Below, one piece after another: positions 1 to 9,023 of a DNA stretch of 64,000 nucleotides. The notes below the pieces were generated by a model that was not told where the DNA came from, did no database searches, and saw only the letters and a list, made by a program, of their open reading frames with translations. The translations under genes and the position numbers were made by a program. The DNA comes from Spirochaetia bacterium (GTDB lineage Bacteria; Spirochaetota; Spirochaetia; SZUA-6; Bin103). Location of the stretch: the NCBI GenBank assembly GCA_965208575.1, contig CBDBOV010000004.1, positions 352,001 to 416,000 of the forward strand. Reading direction: 5' to 3'. Position 1 is the stretch's first letter, and each line of letters starts with the position of its first letter.

Positions 1-533
1 CGTCGGTGGAGGTGGGCGTACGCCACGACAACGGCACCGGCCCGATCGGCACCGGACTGGAGGTGGGCGGCGCGCTGCGCTACGGCTACGGCGGCTGGCT
101 GACGGTGGAGGGCCGCGGGCGGGTGCTGCTGACGCACAGCCGCGCGGCACTGCGCGAGTGGGGCGCGGGCGGCCTGGTCCTGGTGGCGCCGGGCGGCGGC
201 GGGGCGGAGGGACTGGCGCTGCAGGTGCGCCCGGAGTGGGGCCCGGTGGCCGCGGGCGCGCAGCAGGTGTGGGCCGGCGCGGCGCCCGTGGGCGGCGGCG
301 AGCGCGGGCAGCCGGCGGCGCGGCTGGCCGCGGAGGCGAGTTACGGCCTCGCGGTGCTCGGCGCGCAGGGGCTGCTGACACCGCTGGCCGGGATGACGCT
401 GGCCGATGGCGCGGTGCACAGCTACCGGCTCGGCGGGCGCTTCGCGCTCGGCGACGCACTGCAGGTGAGCCTGATCGGCGAACGGGCCGCCGCCGCCTCC
501 GCGCTGACCCTTACCGGCACCCTGCGCCACTGA
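1..533 (+). CDS. C-terminal end of an autotransporter-like beta-barrel protein (5' partial)
   Basis: Frame is open from the window edge. EVGVRHDxGxxxxGxGLEVGGALRY and alternating amphipathic beta-strands run to the C-terminus. Confidence 0.7.
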   Translation, partial: SVEVGVRHDNGTGPIGTGLEVGGALRYGYGGWLTVEGRGRVLLTHSRAALREWGAGGLVLVAPGGGGAEGLALQVRPEWGPVAAGAQQVWAGAAPVGGGERGQPAARLAAEASYGLAVLGAQGLLTPLAGMTLADGAVHSYRLGGRFALGDALQVSLIGERAAAASALTLTGTLRH

Positions 534-545
534 GTTCACGCTGGT

Positions 546-722
546 TCACGCTGCCTGGTACTCGTCCGGCGAGTTGTAGAACACCGGCACGCCGGAGCCG
601 ACGAACCACCCGTTGCCGGCGCCGGCCGCGGACGCGGCGGCGTCCGAGTCCTCCTCCTGTGCCGGCGTGGCGAACAGCGGCAACGCCGCCGCCAGCATGA
701 TCAATCGCAACGGGAATCTCTA
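546..722 (-). pseudogene. N-terminal remnant of an ABC substrate-binding protein (signal peptide plus about 35 aa)
   Basis: Minus frame reads RFPLRLIMLAAALPLFATPAQEEDSDAAASAAGAGNGWFVGSGVPVFYNSPDEYQAA*. A GGAGG RBS is followed by TAG where a start codon is expected. Confidence 0.6.
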
Positions 723-895
723 CCTGGTACCTCCATAGTCGAAACAGCTTCGACTTTTTCGGCGCCAGTAATGGGAGGCGCGGCAGACGGCGTGCCGCGA
801 ACCGTGGCAGACTCGCGCGGACGCGTGGCCAGCCGGCCTGCAGCGGGCGCGCGATTGAATGCCATCGATGCACGCGAGAAGCGCACGGACCGAGG

Positions 896-1300
896 TCAGG
901 CGCGCAATTCGCTCCAGGGGGACTGCTCGTGTACTTCTACCAGTTCGTAGCCCTCGGCACCGATGCAGGGCGCAAGGATGGCCAGCACCTTTGCCGGCGC
1001 TTCGGACACATTGAACGACGCGTGCACCATGGCGGCCGGGATGAACGCGGAGTCGCCCGCTCGCAGCGTCTGTTTGCGTTGGTCGACCCACTGCTCGATC
1101 TCGCCGTCGAGCACGTAGATCACCTCCTCCTGGTTGGGATGGCGGTGGAAGTTGTGGCCGCCGCCCGGGTCGAGCTTCACCTCGATCACCACGAGCTGCT
1201 TGGCAGCGGTGGTCTCGGGACGGCTGTGCCAGCCGAGTTCGAAACCCTCCATCGCATCGCGCTTCACCTCGTCGCGCGCAAAGAACTGACCTTGACTCAT
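896..1300 (-). CDS. Cupin domain protein
   Basis: HNFHRHPNQEEVIYVLDGE and GDSAFIPAAMVH cupin motifs. Confidence 0.9.
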   Translation of the reverse strand: MSQGQFFARDEVKRDAMEGFELGWHSRPETTAAKQLVVIEVKLDPGGGHNFHRHPNQEEVIYVLDGEIEQWVDQRKQTLRAGDSAFIPAAMVHASFNVSEAPAKVLAILAPCIGAEGYELVEVHEQSPWSELRA

Positions 1301-1362
1301 AGCCTGACGATAGTCGGGGCGGGGGCGCGTGTCGACCCTTCGGCTCCGGACGGTCGGATGGC

Positions 1363-2592
1363 ATGACGGTCTACCGCGGCTACCCGATCGCGGTAGTGCT
1401 GTTTCTGTCTACCGGACTGACCATCGGTACCAGCCAGTACGCGTTCGGCGAGTTCGCCGCACCGCTGCGCGAGCACTTCGGCTGGAGCCAGACGGCGCTC
1501 AACCTGTCGTTGAGTCTGGCTGTCGTGTCGGGATTGGTGGCGCCTCTTCTCGGGCGTGCGCTCGACCGCTGGGGCGCGCGCCCGGTGGCGGTGATCTCCC
1601 TGCTGCTGGTGGCGGCGGGATTCCTGCTGCGCCCGCTGATCAGCTCGCTGTGGCACTGGTACCTGTTCAGCGCGCTGGTGTACGCCGGCTTTCCCGGCGC
1701 CACCTCCCTCGCCTCGGGCAAGCTGGTCGCGCTGTGGTTTCCCGCTACCCGCGGCCGCGTGATGGGCGCGGTTACCTCCGGCAACAACGTCGGCGGGCTG
1801 GCCATGCCGGCGCTGGCCGCGGCAATGATCGCGGCCGGTGGATGGCAGTGGGGCTATGTGGCTTTTGGTAGCCTCATCGGGTTGTTGGCCGTGGTTGCCC
1901 TGTTCGTGATCCGGGAGGACGCGACCCAGGTGGCTCGGGAGATGCACGCGACCGGGCGCGGCGCCAGCGCAGCGGCGGCGCGCGGCCTGGCCGGCAGCGG
2001 CATGTCGCTGGCCGAGGCGCTGCGTAGCCGGCGCTTCTGGCTGGTGCTGGCAGGCCTGTTCGGAGCGACCTTCACCTACCAGGGAGTGCTGACCCAACTG
2101 CGCCAGCACTTCGGCGAGCACGGTTTCCCGCCCGCGCTCGCCACCACGGGACTCGCCGTGATCGCCGCCATGGGCATCGCCGCCAAGATCGTCTACGGGC
2201 GCGCCAGCGAGCGGTGGACGGCGCGCCGCGCCTGCATCGTGTCGGTCGCCCTGCAGACCGTGGGGCTTGTGGTCATGGCGCTGGCAGAGTCCGTCCCGGT
2301 GATGTGGGCGGGCATCGTCGTGTTCGGCATGGGGTTCGGCGGCCTCGGCGCCCTGCTGCTCCTGGTGGTGCAGGAAGCGTTCGGCATGAAGGCATTCGGC
2401 AGCATCATGGGAATGGTGCAGATGGTGATGATCGGTTCCTTGGCGGGCGGACCCGCACTCGCCGGCTGGCTGCACGACCGCTCCGGCTCGTTCACTTCCA
2501 CGTTCCTGATCATCGCCGTCCTGTTCGTCGCCGCCATCGTATGCCTCGCCGCCGCCGGCGACGCAGCGCCCCGGCGCACGTCCGCCGCGTGA
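1363..2592 (+). CDS. MFS transporter
   Basis: About 12 hydrophobic segments and motif A GRALDRWGAR. Confidence 0.92.
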   Translation: MTVYRGYPIAVVLFLSTGLTIGTSQYAFGEFAAPLREHFGWSQTALNLSLSLAVVSGLVAPLLGRALDRWGARPVAVISLLLVAAGFLLRPLISSLWHWYLFSALVYAGFPGATSLASGKLVALWFPATRGRVMGAVTSGNNVGGLAMPALAAAMIAAGGWQWGYVAFGSLIGLLAVVALFVIREDATQVAREMHATGRGASAAAARGLAGSGMSLAEALRSRRFWLVLAGLFGATFTYQGVLTQLRQHFGEHGFPPALATTGLAVIAAMGIAAKIVYGRASERWTARRACIVSVALQTVGLVVMALAESVPVMWAGIVVFGMGFGGLGALLLLVVQEAFGMKAFGSIMGMVQMVMIGSLAGGPALAGWLHDRSGSFTSTFLIIAVLFVAAIVCLAAAGDAAPRRTSAA

Positions 2593-2611
2593 CGACCAGG
2601 CGACGGTACCG

Positions 2612-2631
2612 CCACGCGTGCGCACGCGTGG
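2612..2631. terminator. Perfect 20-bp palindrome between convergent genes, probable terminator
   Basis: ccacgcgtgcgcacgcgtgg is its own reverse complement. Confidence 0.45.
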
Positions 2632-2701
2632 TGAGTCAGCCCGATCTGTCCTCAGGCGCGGCATCCCCACTCACCACAGGCCTCGAACGAGCCGGGAATC
2701 G

Positions 2702-4936
2702 TCAGGAAGTGGTAGTGCGGTTGTACGTCGTTGTGAACGTGATGGTGCCGGTGGCCGTCTGGTCCGCGCCGTTGGTCATCGTCAGCTTCGCCGTGACCGT
2801 AAACGGACTCGGCGGCGGCGTCGGCAGCGCGCGCAACTGCGCGGCCGTCTTGACCTGCACCCAGAGCTTGCCATTCGAAGCAATGACGCTGTACTTCTCG
2901 TGGTAGTAATCCAAGGTAGAGAACTTCACGTTGGTGAACTTCGCGTTCGTCCCGGCATTGTCGAACACGTCGTAGACGCTGATGCTGACAAAGTCAGGGG
3001 CAGATAGGGTTCTTTCCTCCACCGGTGCGAGGGTCGGCACCTCCTCGACGCCGTCCTGGTCGTACGACGTTCTGAATGTGAGCTTGCCCGAGGCCGTCTG
3101 GCCCTCGTCGTTGGTCATCGTCACGGTGGCCGTGACCGTAAACGGGCTGGACGGCGGCGACTGCAGCGCGTTCAGTTGCGCGGCGCTCTTGATCTCAAAC
3201 CGAAGGAGGCCTTCGCTGATCTCGTGAGTATTCGAGTACGCCGTGGTAGAGAAAACCACGTTGGTGAATCTCGCCTCAGTCCCCGCATAGAGGAAGGTCC
3301 CATCGGCGGAAGCGGCGAACGGGACGCCGGGACGTGTGGCTATTCTCTCCTCCCATGCGAAGATGGGGGCAATCCGCCGCGGAGGAATCGGCGTGGTGGT
3401 GGCGCTCCGGTTATACCTCGTTACGAAGGAGAGGGTGCCCGTGGCCGTCTGGCCTTCGGCGTTGCTCATCGTCACGGTGGCGGTAACCGTAAATGGACTC
3501 GGCGGCGGCGGCGACAACGCGTTCAGTTGCGCGGTGGTCTTGACCTGCACCCAGAGATTGCCATTCGAAGCAATGACGCTGTACTTCTCGTGGTAGTAAT
3601 CCAAGGTAGAGAACTTCACGCTGGTGAACTTTGCGTTCGTCCCGGCGTTGTCGAACACGTCGTAGACGCCGATGCTGACAAAGTCAGGAGCGCGCGTGGT
3701 CATCGCCTCCGTTCGTGAGAGAGTCGGCACCTCCTCGACGCCGTCCTGGTCGTACGACGTTCTGAATGTGAGCGTGCCCGAGGCGGTCTGGCCCTCGTCG
3801 TTGGTCATCGTCACGGTGGCCGTGACCGTAAACGGGCTGGACGGCGGCGACTGCAGCGCGTTCAGTTGCGCGGCGGTCTTGATCTCAAACCGAAGGAGGC
3901 GATCGCTGATCTCGTGAGTATTCGAGTACTCGGTGGTGGAGAAAACCACGTTGGTGAATCTCGCCTCAGTCCCCGCATAGAGGAAGGTCCCATCGGCGGA
4001 AGCGGCGAACGGGACGCCGGGACGCGTGGCTATTCTCTCCTCCCATGCGAAGATCGGGGCGCTCCGCCGCGGAGGAGTCGGCGGGGCGGCGGCGCTCCGG
4101 CTATAGGTCGTTTCGAAAGCGACCGTGCCCGTGGCCGGGCGGCCCTCGTCGTTGTTCATCGTCACCATGGCCGTGACCGTAAATGGACTCGGCGGCGGCA
4201 ACGGCAACGCGTTCAGTTCCGCGGCGCTCTTGACCTGCACCCACAGGCGGCCATCGCGAATCTCGTGCATGTTCGTGTACTCGGTGGTAGAGAAACTCGC
4301 ACCGGTGAACGTCGGGTTCGTCCCCGCATTGTCGAACACCTCATCGGCGGAAGCGCTGACCTGGACATCGACAGGTGCGGGCACTGCCTGCGTCGGCGCC
4401 AAGCTCGGCGCCACCTCCTCCGGCTCGTCCCGGACATGGTCGTACGTCGTTTTGAATGTGATCGTGCCGGTAGCCGTCCGGCCCGCGTCGTCGGTCATCG
4501 TTACCGTCGCCGTGACCGTAAAGGGACTCGGAGGTGGGGCAGACAGCGCATTCAGTTCCGCGCTCGTCTTGACCTGCACATGGAGTTCGACGGGAGGCGT
4601 TCCGACGATACCGGTGCGGTCGGATTGGTAGTACTCCATGGTGGAGAGAGCAACACTGGTGAATCTCGGGTTGCTCCCCGCATCGTCGAATATGTCCCGG
4701 ATACCAAGGCGGGTATGCGAACCGGGAGCTGCGCTGAACTCCGATGACACCGTGACGGTCGGCTGTGGCTGCTTCACCGCCGACGCGCAGCCGATCATCA
4801 GTAGCGTCACCGCCAGCGCGGCTCCGAGCGCCGCCGAACGGCTCCAGCCGGCGCGGCCGGAGGAGCCCTTGCCTTTGGACCACCCAACAGACCCGGCATC
4901 GATTCCGTAGTGCGGTGTTCTCTGTTCGATAGACAT
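2702..4936 (-). CDS. Predicted surface lipoprotein with six tandem ~110-aa beta-rich repeats
   Basis: AAGGAG RBS before ATG 4936 and a lipobox LLMIG-C. The unit F(D/L)xAGTxxxFT..FST.xY...(V/I)K(T/S)xAxLNAL..PPxSPFTVTAxVTMxxxxGxxAxGTxxFxTxY is repeated. Confidence 0.85.
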   Translation of the reverse strand: MSIEQRTPHYGIDAGSVGWSKGKGSSGRAGWSRSAALGAALAVTLLMIGCASAVKQPQPTVTVSSEFSAAPGSHTRLGIRDIFDDAGSNPRFTSVALSTMEYYQSDRTGIVGTPPVELHVQVKTSAELNALSAPPPSPFTVTATVTMTDDAGRTATGTITFKTTYDHVRDEPEEVAPSLAPTQAVPAPVDVQVSASADEVFDNAGTNPTFTGASFSTTEYTNMHEIRDGRLWVQVKSAAELNALPLPPPSPFTVTAMVTMNNDEGRPATGTVAFETTYSRSAAAPPTPPRRSAPIFAWEERIATRPGVPFAASADGTFLYAGTEARFTNVVFSTTEYSNTHEISDRLLRFEIKTAAQLNALQSPPSSPFTVTATVTMTNDEGQTASGTLTFRTSYDQDGVEEVPTLSRTEAMTTRAPDFVSIGVYDVFDNAGTNAKFTSVKFSTLDYYHEKYSVIASNGNLWVQVKTTAQLNALSPPPPSPFTVTATVTMSNAEGQTATGTLSFVTRYNRSATTTPIPPRRIAPIFAWEERIATRPGVPFAASADGTFLYAGTEARFTNVVFSTTAYSNTHEISEGLLRFEIKSAAQLNALQSPPSSPFTVTATVTMTNDEGQTASGKLTFRTSYDQDGVEEVPTLAPVEERTLSAPDFVSISVYDVFDNAGTNAKFTNVKFSTLDYYHEKYSVIASNGKLWVQVKTAAQLRALPTPPPSPFTVTAKLTMTNGADQTATGTITFTTTYNRTTTS
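2720..4100. repeat. Near-identical 690-bp tandem duplication inside the lipoprotein gene (ends approximate)
   Basis: Identical blocks at a constant offset of 690: 2871/3561, 3041/3731, 3251/3941. Confidence 0.9.
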
Positions 4937-5256
4937 GTGCAGCTCCTTGCTTCTTGTTCCGGTGGCGCAGCAGAACCAGCGGCCTGGATGAACCCACACT
5001 GCCGGATAATTCGGCCAAACTCAAGGAGATATCATAATGATTTAGTAAATATACAGGGGATATAGAGTGTCTATTTCATATGATCCCGAACTCCTCAGGT
5101 GGAACGCCGCCCGGATGCTGCTCGGTTGCCCCGCACAGGTTCTGCATCAGACCGACGTCGACCAAGATCAGCGGTAGTGCCGGTCATCCGGCAGGAAGTG
5201 GCGAAAATCAACGGGTATTCGGTTCCAATTGCGGCCAAATGAGCGGCTCATTCCAG

Positions 5257-6111
5257 CTACTCGCCGGCACCCCAGGGTTCGTCGGTGCCGGTCTGCTGCC
5301 ACAGGCGGCGCAGATAGGAACTGCTGTGCTCCAGGTGGTCCCACAGCCGGAGGTCGCTGGCCATCTCGAACAGGCCCTGGCGGAACAGGCGGCGGGCGAC
5401 GATCAGCGGCACCAGCCGCGGCCAGTCCACCTCCCCCTCCCCGACCGTCACGTCCAGCTTGCCGGCGCGCCGCTGCTTGAAGTGCAGCATGCCGACCTGC
5501 TCCGGGGTGAGGGATTCGTACACGGCAGCCGGATCGGTGGGGTCCCCGGTCGCGGCGAAGTTGCACGGGTCGAAGCAGACGCGCAGCCGCCGGCCGGCGC
5601 TCCCCAGTTCAGCGCGCGCGGCGTCGATCGCGGCCGCCAGCAGGGGCCACGGCTGGCGGGAGTTCTCGACCGAGAAGATGCCGCCGACTGCCGCCAGGGC
5701 CCTGGTCAGACGAGCGATGGCGCTTCCCGAGGCCGCGGCTCCCCAGTCGGCGGCCTGCTCGGGCAACGTGCGCAGGTCCACGAGGCGCACGTGCGGGCGG
5801 CGGCCGTTGGCCACCGCCCGGGCCAGCGCCACGGCGGCGGCATAGTACGGTTCGTCGGGCGTGGTGTCCGGATCCAGGAACGGTACCTCGTACGCGGCCA
5901 CGAAGTGGAGGTCCGGGTACCGCGCCGCCACCCTGCCCAATTCCGGCACGTTCGGGAGCGCGGTTTCCGGCGACTCGTACCGGCCCAGCGACTTCTGGCG
6001 CAGTTCGACGACCCGGTAGCCGCGGCGGGCGGCCGTGCCGATCAGGTCGCCGAGGTCTTCGCCGCGGGCAAGCTGCACGTTCCAGACGTTGGACACCAGA
6101 CCCAGCCGCAT
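5257..6111 (-). CDS. Sugar phosphate isomerase/epimerase-like TIM barrel (xylose isomerase-like family)
   Basis: VEL, SVEN, CFDPCNF, LHFK, VGEGEVDW and FE motifs. Confidence 0.8.
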   Translation of the reverse strand: MRLGLVSNVWNVQLARGEDLGDLIGTAARRGYRVVELRQKSLGRYESPETALPNVPELGRVAARYPDLHFVAAYEVPFLDPDTTPDEPYYAAAVALARAVANGRRPHVRLVDLRTLPEQAADWGAAASGSAIARLTRALAAVGGIFSVENSRQPWPLLAAAIDAARAELGSAGRRLRVCFDPCNFAATGDPTDPAAVYESLTPEQVGMLHFKQRRAGKLDVTVGEGEVDWPRLVPLIVARRLFRQGLFEMASDLRLWDHLEHSSSYLRRLWQQTGTDEPWGAGE

Positions 6112-6187
6112 GCACTCACTTCCGGGCGGACTATAGCAGCCCGTGGAGCGGTTCACCAGAACGGACTGGCTCGCTACGATCAGGAAC

Positions 6188-7021
6188 ATGAGCGATGCGA
6201 CGTTTGTCAGCAGTCTGCAGTTCGCCCTGAGCGATGCCGAGGTGGAGCAGTATCATCGCGATGGGGTCCTGGGACCCTACCCGCTGCTCTCCGAGGCGGA
6301 AATGGCGGTGGCGATGCGGGTGATCGACCGGGAGATCATCGCGCCGGCGGCCAAGGACGACCCGGTGCTGCACTACCACGACCGCCATCTCGACCACCGT
6401 ACGGTGTGCCGCATCTGCCGCCGCCCGGAACTGATCGATCGCGTGGCATCGCTGCTCGGCCCCGACCTGATGATCTGGCGCTCCAACTTCCAGGTGAAGC
6501 CGCCGGTTGCGGACGCGGAAGGAGAGGCGGCCCGCTACGTCGAGGTGCCGTGGCACCAGGACGGGGCCTACTTCGGCCTGCAGCCGCTGGTGCTGGTGTC
6601 GGCCTGGATCGCCATTACCGAGGCGACCGAACAGAACGGTTGCATGAAGGTAGTCGCCGGCTCGCACACGCAGACGATCCATCACGACCATGATCCGGGC
6701 CGCCAGTCGTTCGGGCGCTCGGTACCGAACGACGCAATCGATCCCGACGCCGTGCGCACGCTGGTGCTGCGTCCCGGTGAATTCGTGCTGTTCAACGAGA
6801 ATACGCTGCACGGCTCGGGCCCCAACCGGACGTCGCGGCCGCGCGTCGGCCTGACGCCGCGCATCAGCGTGCCGTTCGTGCGGGTGACCGGCAATCCGCG
6901 CGGAGCGGGCCGCGACCGCGCCCGTCACGCGCCGGACGAGCCGCGCGAGATCGCGATGCTGCGCGGCCACGACTACACGGGCCGGCAAACGGTGGTTCCC
7001 CTTCCCTGCGGCGCCGGCTGA
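6188..7021 (+). CDS. PhyH family Fe(II)/2-oxoglutarate dioxygenase
   Basis: WHQD, AWIAITEATEQNGCM, LHGSGPNRT..R. Confidence 0.92.
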   Translation: MSDATFVSSLQFALSDAEVEQYHRDGVLGPYPLLSEAEMAVAMRVIDREIIAPAAKDDPVLHYHDRHLDHRTVCRICRRPELIDRVASLLGPDLMIWRSNFQVKPPVADAEGEAARYVEVPWHQDGAYFGLQPLVLVSAWIAITEATEQNGCMKVVAGSHTQTIHHDHDPGRQSFGRSVPNDAIDPDAVRTLVLRPGEFVLFNENTLHGSGPNRTSRPRVGLTPRISVPFVRVTGNPRGAGRDRARHAPDEPREIAMLRGHDYTGRQTVVPLPCGAG

Positions 7022-7190
7022 CCGCCGCGCCGGCAACTTTGGGCGCCGGCGGCTGCGTCGTCACCGCCGCCCGTCCGGCGGGCCATAGCGGTCCGTGGCG
7101 AAGCACGCGGTGCATCGAAGGCGGCGATGCATCCCGGCGCCTCGACGCTCTCGGTACGGCACCCGGGGTCCACCACTGGCTGATGGGGCG

Positions 7191-8000
7191 TCAGGCGGAA
7201 CGCAGGATGGTGAAGTCGCTGTCCTTGCCGGCGCCGGCGGCGGCCTCCATGTAGGTGAGGATCAACGCCCGGCGGTGGCCGCCGGTGTGGTTGCCGAGCG
7301 AGGAGTGGAAGATCTTGTTGGAGAACAGCACCGCGCTGCCGGCGGGTATCTCGCAATACACCGTGTTGCGCAGTTCCCGCTCGCCCGGCAGGAAGCTGAG
7401 CCGGCAGGCGCCGTGGTCGCGGGAAGAACGCGGCTGGTGCGGAATGATGTGCCGGCGGTGACTGCCGGGCACGACGCGCAGGCAGCCGTTGCGGCGGTGC
7501 GTGTCCTGCAGCGGCAGCCAGACCGACATGCGCCGCTCGACCGCGCCGTAGATGTGCCAGTACGCCTCGTCCTGGTGCCAGTGGCACACATTGTGCGGCT
7601 CGTGCGGGCCCTTGGAGATCAATTTAGCCGAGAACAGGGCCAGGCCGGGGTACACCAGGTCTTCGACCAGGCCGATGATGCGCGGGTCGCACGCCAGCCG
7701 GCGGGACGTCTCCGAGTCGGTGCCGAGCCGGTGGACCTGGTTGCGCCGCTGGTCGTCGGCGGCGATATCCGGGTCGGCGAGCCGCTCCCGGTAGCCGGCC
7801 TCGAATTCGGCGTCCAGCGCGGCCAGCTCCGCCACCGGCAGGACACCGGACACCACGAGGTAACCCTGCCGGGCGAATTCGGCTTGCTGTTCGGCGGAGA
7901 GCCGGCCTGACGAGCGCGACCGCGGCGGAGCCGTGACGCCGGGGCCGGTACCTGGTGCACCGCCGGCCAGCGTTCCGGTCGCTATGCGGCGCGGCGTCAT
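7191..8000 (-). CDS. PhyH family dioxygenase
   Basis: WHQD, VWLPL..NGCLRVVPGSH, FHSSLGN...RR. ATGA overlap with the upstream gene. Confidence 0.9.
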   Translation of the reverse strand: MTPRRIATGTLAGGAPGTGPGVTAPPRSRSSGRLSAEQQAEFARQGYLVVSGVLPVAELAALDAEFEAGYRERLADPDIAADDQRRNQVHRLGTDSETSRRLACDPRIIGLVEDLVYPGLALFSAKLISKGPHEPHNVCHWHQDEAYWHIYGAVERRMSVWLPLQDTHRRNGCLRVVPGSHRRHIIPHQPRSSRDHGACRLSFLPGERELRNTVYCEIPAGSAVLFSNKIFHSSLGNHTGGHRRALILTYMEAAAGAGKDSDFTILRSA

Positions 8001-8917
8001 GCCTTGGCGCGGGCGGCGGTCCGTGCGTTTTGCTCGCGCTGTTGCAGCATGGCGTCCCGCCACTCCTCCCAGGAAGGGATGGCGGATGCGCTGAGCACCG
8101 GGAGCGGCACCCGGCCGTTGGCCCGCTGGCGCTTGCCGAACTCCTCCATGGCATCCCGTTCCGGTCCGTCAAGCGCCGACGCGGTGACGTGAAAGCGAAA
8201 GTCGATGCTCCAGCGCGCATCCCTGGTGCTGTTCATCTTGCTCGCGTGGAAGGTGAGGTTGGTCAGGTACAGCACGTCGCCGGCCGCCATTTCCAGGGCC
8301 ACCGGGGTGCCGCGCTGCTCGATCTCCTCGTTGGTGCGCACGTTCATGTCCTCGCCGCGCGCGGCATCCACCAGTCCCCAGCGGTGGCTGCCGGGCATCA
8401 CCCAGATACAGCCGTTGGCCACGGTGGCATCGACCAGCGGAACCCACACGGTGACGATGTGCGCCGCCTCGGTGCGTCCGACCCGCCTGCCGCGCGCCGG
8501 CTCATTGTAGTAGTGGCTGTCCTGGTGCCACGGGAATGCGGTGATTTCGGCTTCCGGAATCTTGGTGCGGACGTTCAGTCCGCCGAGTTCGCACACCTCC
8601 GGCCCCAGGATCGCGCCCACCACCCGCACGATGCCGGGATGGCGAAACAGGTCGAAGTACGCCTTGTCGAGGGTGTTCCCGATCCAGCCGCGCGGCGAGC
8701 TGTTCATCGCCGCGCAGATCGCCGCGAACCGCCGCGTGAACGGTTCATCCTCGAACAGCGAGTCGATATTGCCCTCGGCATGCATCTTGCGTGCGTATTC
8801 GTCGACCTGGCCGGCAAGCAGGCGGCGCACCGGCTCGAGATCGGCGGCGCTCAGCACACCCCGATCAATCAGGTAGCCGTCGCGCTCGTAGGCGGTGCGA
8901 ACTGCAGCATCACTCAT
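7997..8917 (-). CDS. PhyH family dioxygenase
   Basis: PWHQD, VWVPLVDATVANGCIWVMPGSH, FHASKMN...RWSIDFRF. TATGGT lies 7 nt before ATG 8917. Confidence 0.9.
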   Translation of the reverse strand: MSDAAVRTAYERDGYLIDRGVLSAADLEPVRRLLAGQVDEYARKMHAEGNIDSLFEDEPFTRRFAAICAAMNSSPRGWIGNTLDKAYFDLFRHPGIVRVVGAILGPEVCELGGLNVRTKIPEAEITAFPWHQDSHYYNEPARGRRVGRTEAAHIVTVWVPLVDATVANGCIWVMPGSHRWGLVDAARGEDMNVRTNEEIEQRGTPVALEMAAGDVLYLTNLTFHASKMNSTRDARWSIDFRFHVTASALDGPERDAMEEFGKRQRANGRVPLPVLSASAIPSWEEWRDAMLQQREQNARTAARAKA

Positions 8918-9023
8918 GGCCGTCACCATACTTCCGGCGCCGCGTCCGAGCAACCGCCGGTCGCGCGTGGCCGTCCGTGAGCGGGCTGTGACACCATGCG
9001 CGCGGGTGCGATAGAGTGCCGGC

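Noticed and set aside
2720-4620. CRISPR array or DGR template/variable repeats
   Set aside because: The repeats are long, in-frame coding domains with no spacers, no adenine-specific differences and no cas or reverse transcriptase gene in the window.
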